Source of the DNA: Paramicrosporidium saccamoebae KSL3
Taxonomy: Eukaryota > Fungi > Cryptomycota
Direction: 5' to 3'
Assembly: GCA_002794465.1 (NCBI GenBank)
Contig: MTSL01000045.1
Coordinates: 2,389-22,115, forward strand
Length of the DNA stretch: 19,727 nucleotides
Below are positions 18,316-19,727 of the stretch, piece by piece. The notes beneath the pieces are model-generated. The model was given only the letters and a program-made list of their open reading frames with translations. It was not told the DNA's origin and did no database searches. Every line of letters starts with the position of its first letter. Position 1 is the stretch's first letter. Made by a program: the position numbers and the translations under genes.

Positions 18316-19727
18316 TTATAAGGCCAGAAGCAAAACCATGATTGCCAGCAATATTCCCAAAAAGGCGCATGCAAACGCACGATTAGAGAGGGGCTGACTG
18401 GCCCCAGTATCAACCAGTACATTGGCTTGCACCCGCCTTTTTGGGATGTAGTCAAAAAAGTTTGATGTGGCTAGTAGTTTGCTCAAGGCAGCTCCGGGCT
18501 TGAAAAGTTTTGACGCCTCCAAAGTGGATAGTGGATGCGTTTTATACGTGTGCAAGAATCTGGTAGCCCACAGCCTGGTGCTGGCGCGGTCTAAAAACAC
18601 TCCCTCGGTGGACCATCGTCCTGCAGATGTGTATAGCTTAACAGACTCTTCAACGAGACATTCTACAGTATCACAAGCAGTACTGGGAAAATTGATGAGG
18701 CCAGGCAAATTGGTAAATGCGGGAATGGCGTGTCTAAGATCGCCTCTGTAATCGCCCCAAAACTCTTCCGCCTCCTCCACTGTACTGATAGACGTCGGCC
18801 AGCGGATTCCGCCAAAGTTTTGATGTAGAAAGATAGCCCACGGTTTGACTGCCTGCATACATCCACCCCAGATGCTGGCCGATGAAGGTGCGAAGTCTTG
18901 GGCATATGTCAGTCCTCTTGCATAGTCACCGGTAAGATTCGTACCCAAATGTAGGTTTTTGAGGGCCAGAACTTGCACTATTTTCTCCAAATACATGGGT
19001 GGAATCAGTTCTACACTATATGCAGTCAATAACCATCTCACCAGCGCTATCGCGCGTAACCTCCCTGAAAGAACTTGGACATTTACTTTTGGTAAAGACA
19101 GGATGCTGTAGACAAGACGCGCGTGCCAAAACGCCAAAATCTCTGGTCTCTTGGCAAAGCATTCAGAGAGTTCCAAGTACAGATGGGTATGAGCAGACAT
19201 AGGATCTTCCCCAAACAAAAGTTTAATGTTCACTGCAAATTGCCCATTTCCAATATACCTTGCTGCCTTCTCCATCGCGAGTCTGTCAGTATCGGACGAA
19301 GAGGATGGGTCCATAAGTGAAATTATCGCGAGTTTTTGGTCTCCAGTGTCTTTAGAGAGATCCTCCCACGCATCCTCAGCGTTCCAATAGAGGTCCGTGC
19401 TGTGTGTTGGTATCCTTCCAATACGAGATTTTAACATTGAGGGACGGCTTATTAGCATTCTAAGTAGTCTGTCCCGCAATCCAGTGGGGATTGTTTCAAA
19501 TTGGTCCTCGTCATACTCAATATAGCGAGGCATATACTCTTCATATCTGTCAGCTAGTAGCTTATAAAGATGTGGCTCACGGACGACAAAGAATACTGGA
19601 AACAAAAGGGGATGAAGCTGTGGGTTGTCAAAGTATCCCTCAAATAGTGCTGCTGCATCACTGTGAGATAGCGAGCGGGTATAAAAGTCGTCTTTTGCGG
19701 GGAATGGGTCTGTGCTGCTCAAAATGC
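18316..19727 (-). CDS. Hypothetical protein with a C-terminal hydrophobic anchor (GPI-signal or tail-anchor-like), partial (5' end outside the window)
   Basis: The frame is open to the window edge (at least 469 aa). It ends in TGASQPLSNRAFACAFLGILLAIMVLLLAL* with no cytosolic tail. Confidence 0.75.
   Translation of the reverse strand, partial: ILSSTDPFPAKDDFYTRSLSHSDAAALFEGYFDNPQLHPLLFPVFFVVREPHLYKLLADRYEEYMPRYIEYDEDQFETIPTGLRDRLLRMLISRPSMLKSRIGRIPTHSTDLYWNAEDAWEDLSKDTGDQKLAIISLMDPSSSSDTDRLAMEKAARYIGNGQFAVNIKLLFGEDPMSAHTHLYLELSECFAKRPEILAFWHARLVYSILSLPKVNVQVLSGRLRAIALVRWLLTAYSVELIPPMYLEKIVQVLALKNLHLGTNLTGDYARGLTYAQDFAPSSASIWGGCMQAVKPWAIFLHQNFGGIRWPTSISTVEEAEEFWGDYRGDLRHAIPAFTNLPGLINFPSTACDTVECLVEESVKLYTSAGRWSTEGVFLDRASTRLWATRFLHTYKTHPLSTLEASKLFKPGAALSKLLATSNFFDYIPKRRVQANVLVDTGASQPLSNRAFACAFLGILLAIMVLLLAL

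Noticed and set aside
1365-19320. Numerous short or antisense ORFs nested in the long genes
   Set aside because: They are shadow frames of well-supported coding sequences with no independent motifs.

Overview
This is a gene-dense eukaryotic window, not prokaryotic: it has tiny GT-AG spliceosomal introns (28-36 nt) and intergenic gaps mostly of 80-600 bp. The style fits a compact early-diverging fungus such as a Rozellomycota/Paramicrosporidium-like organism (inference). Recognisable genes are MTR10/transportin-SR, EFM7/NNT1 methyltransferase, V-ATPase subunit G (VMA10), mitoribosomal mS26, VIP1/PPIP5K, SPT20 and a Sos7-like kinetochore protein. Manual splicing adds a probable Vma22/CCDC115-like V-ATPase assembly factor next to VMA10. 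A multi-TM protein looks like a Ste24/M48 peptidase that has lost all its zinc ligands. Three orphan proteins have secretion or anchor signals, one with 28-aa ankyrin-like repeats. Non-coding features include a ~260-bp modular element in two inverted copies (4045-4305 and 11621-11889), a triple ~60-bp repeat in a divergent promoter, and minisatellites in several spacers. No CRISPR array, tRNA, rRNA or transposase was recognised. All family assignments come from remembered motifs; no database search was run.
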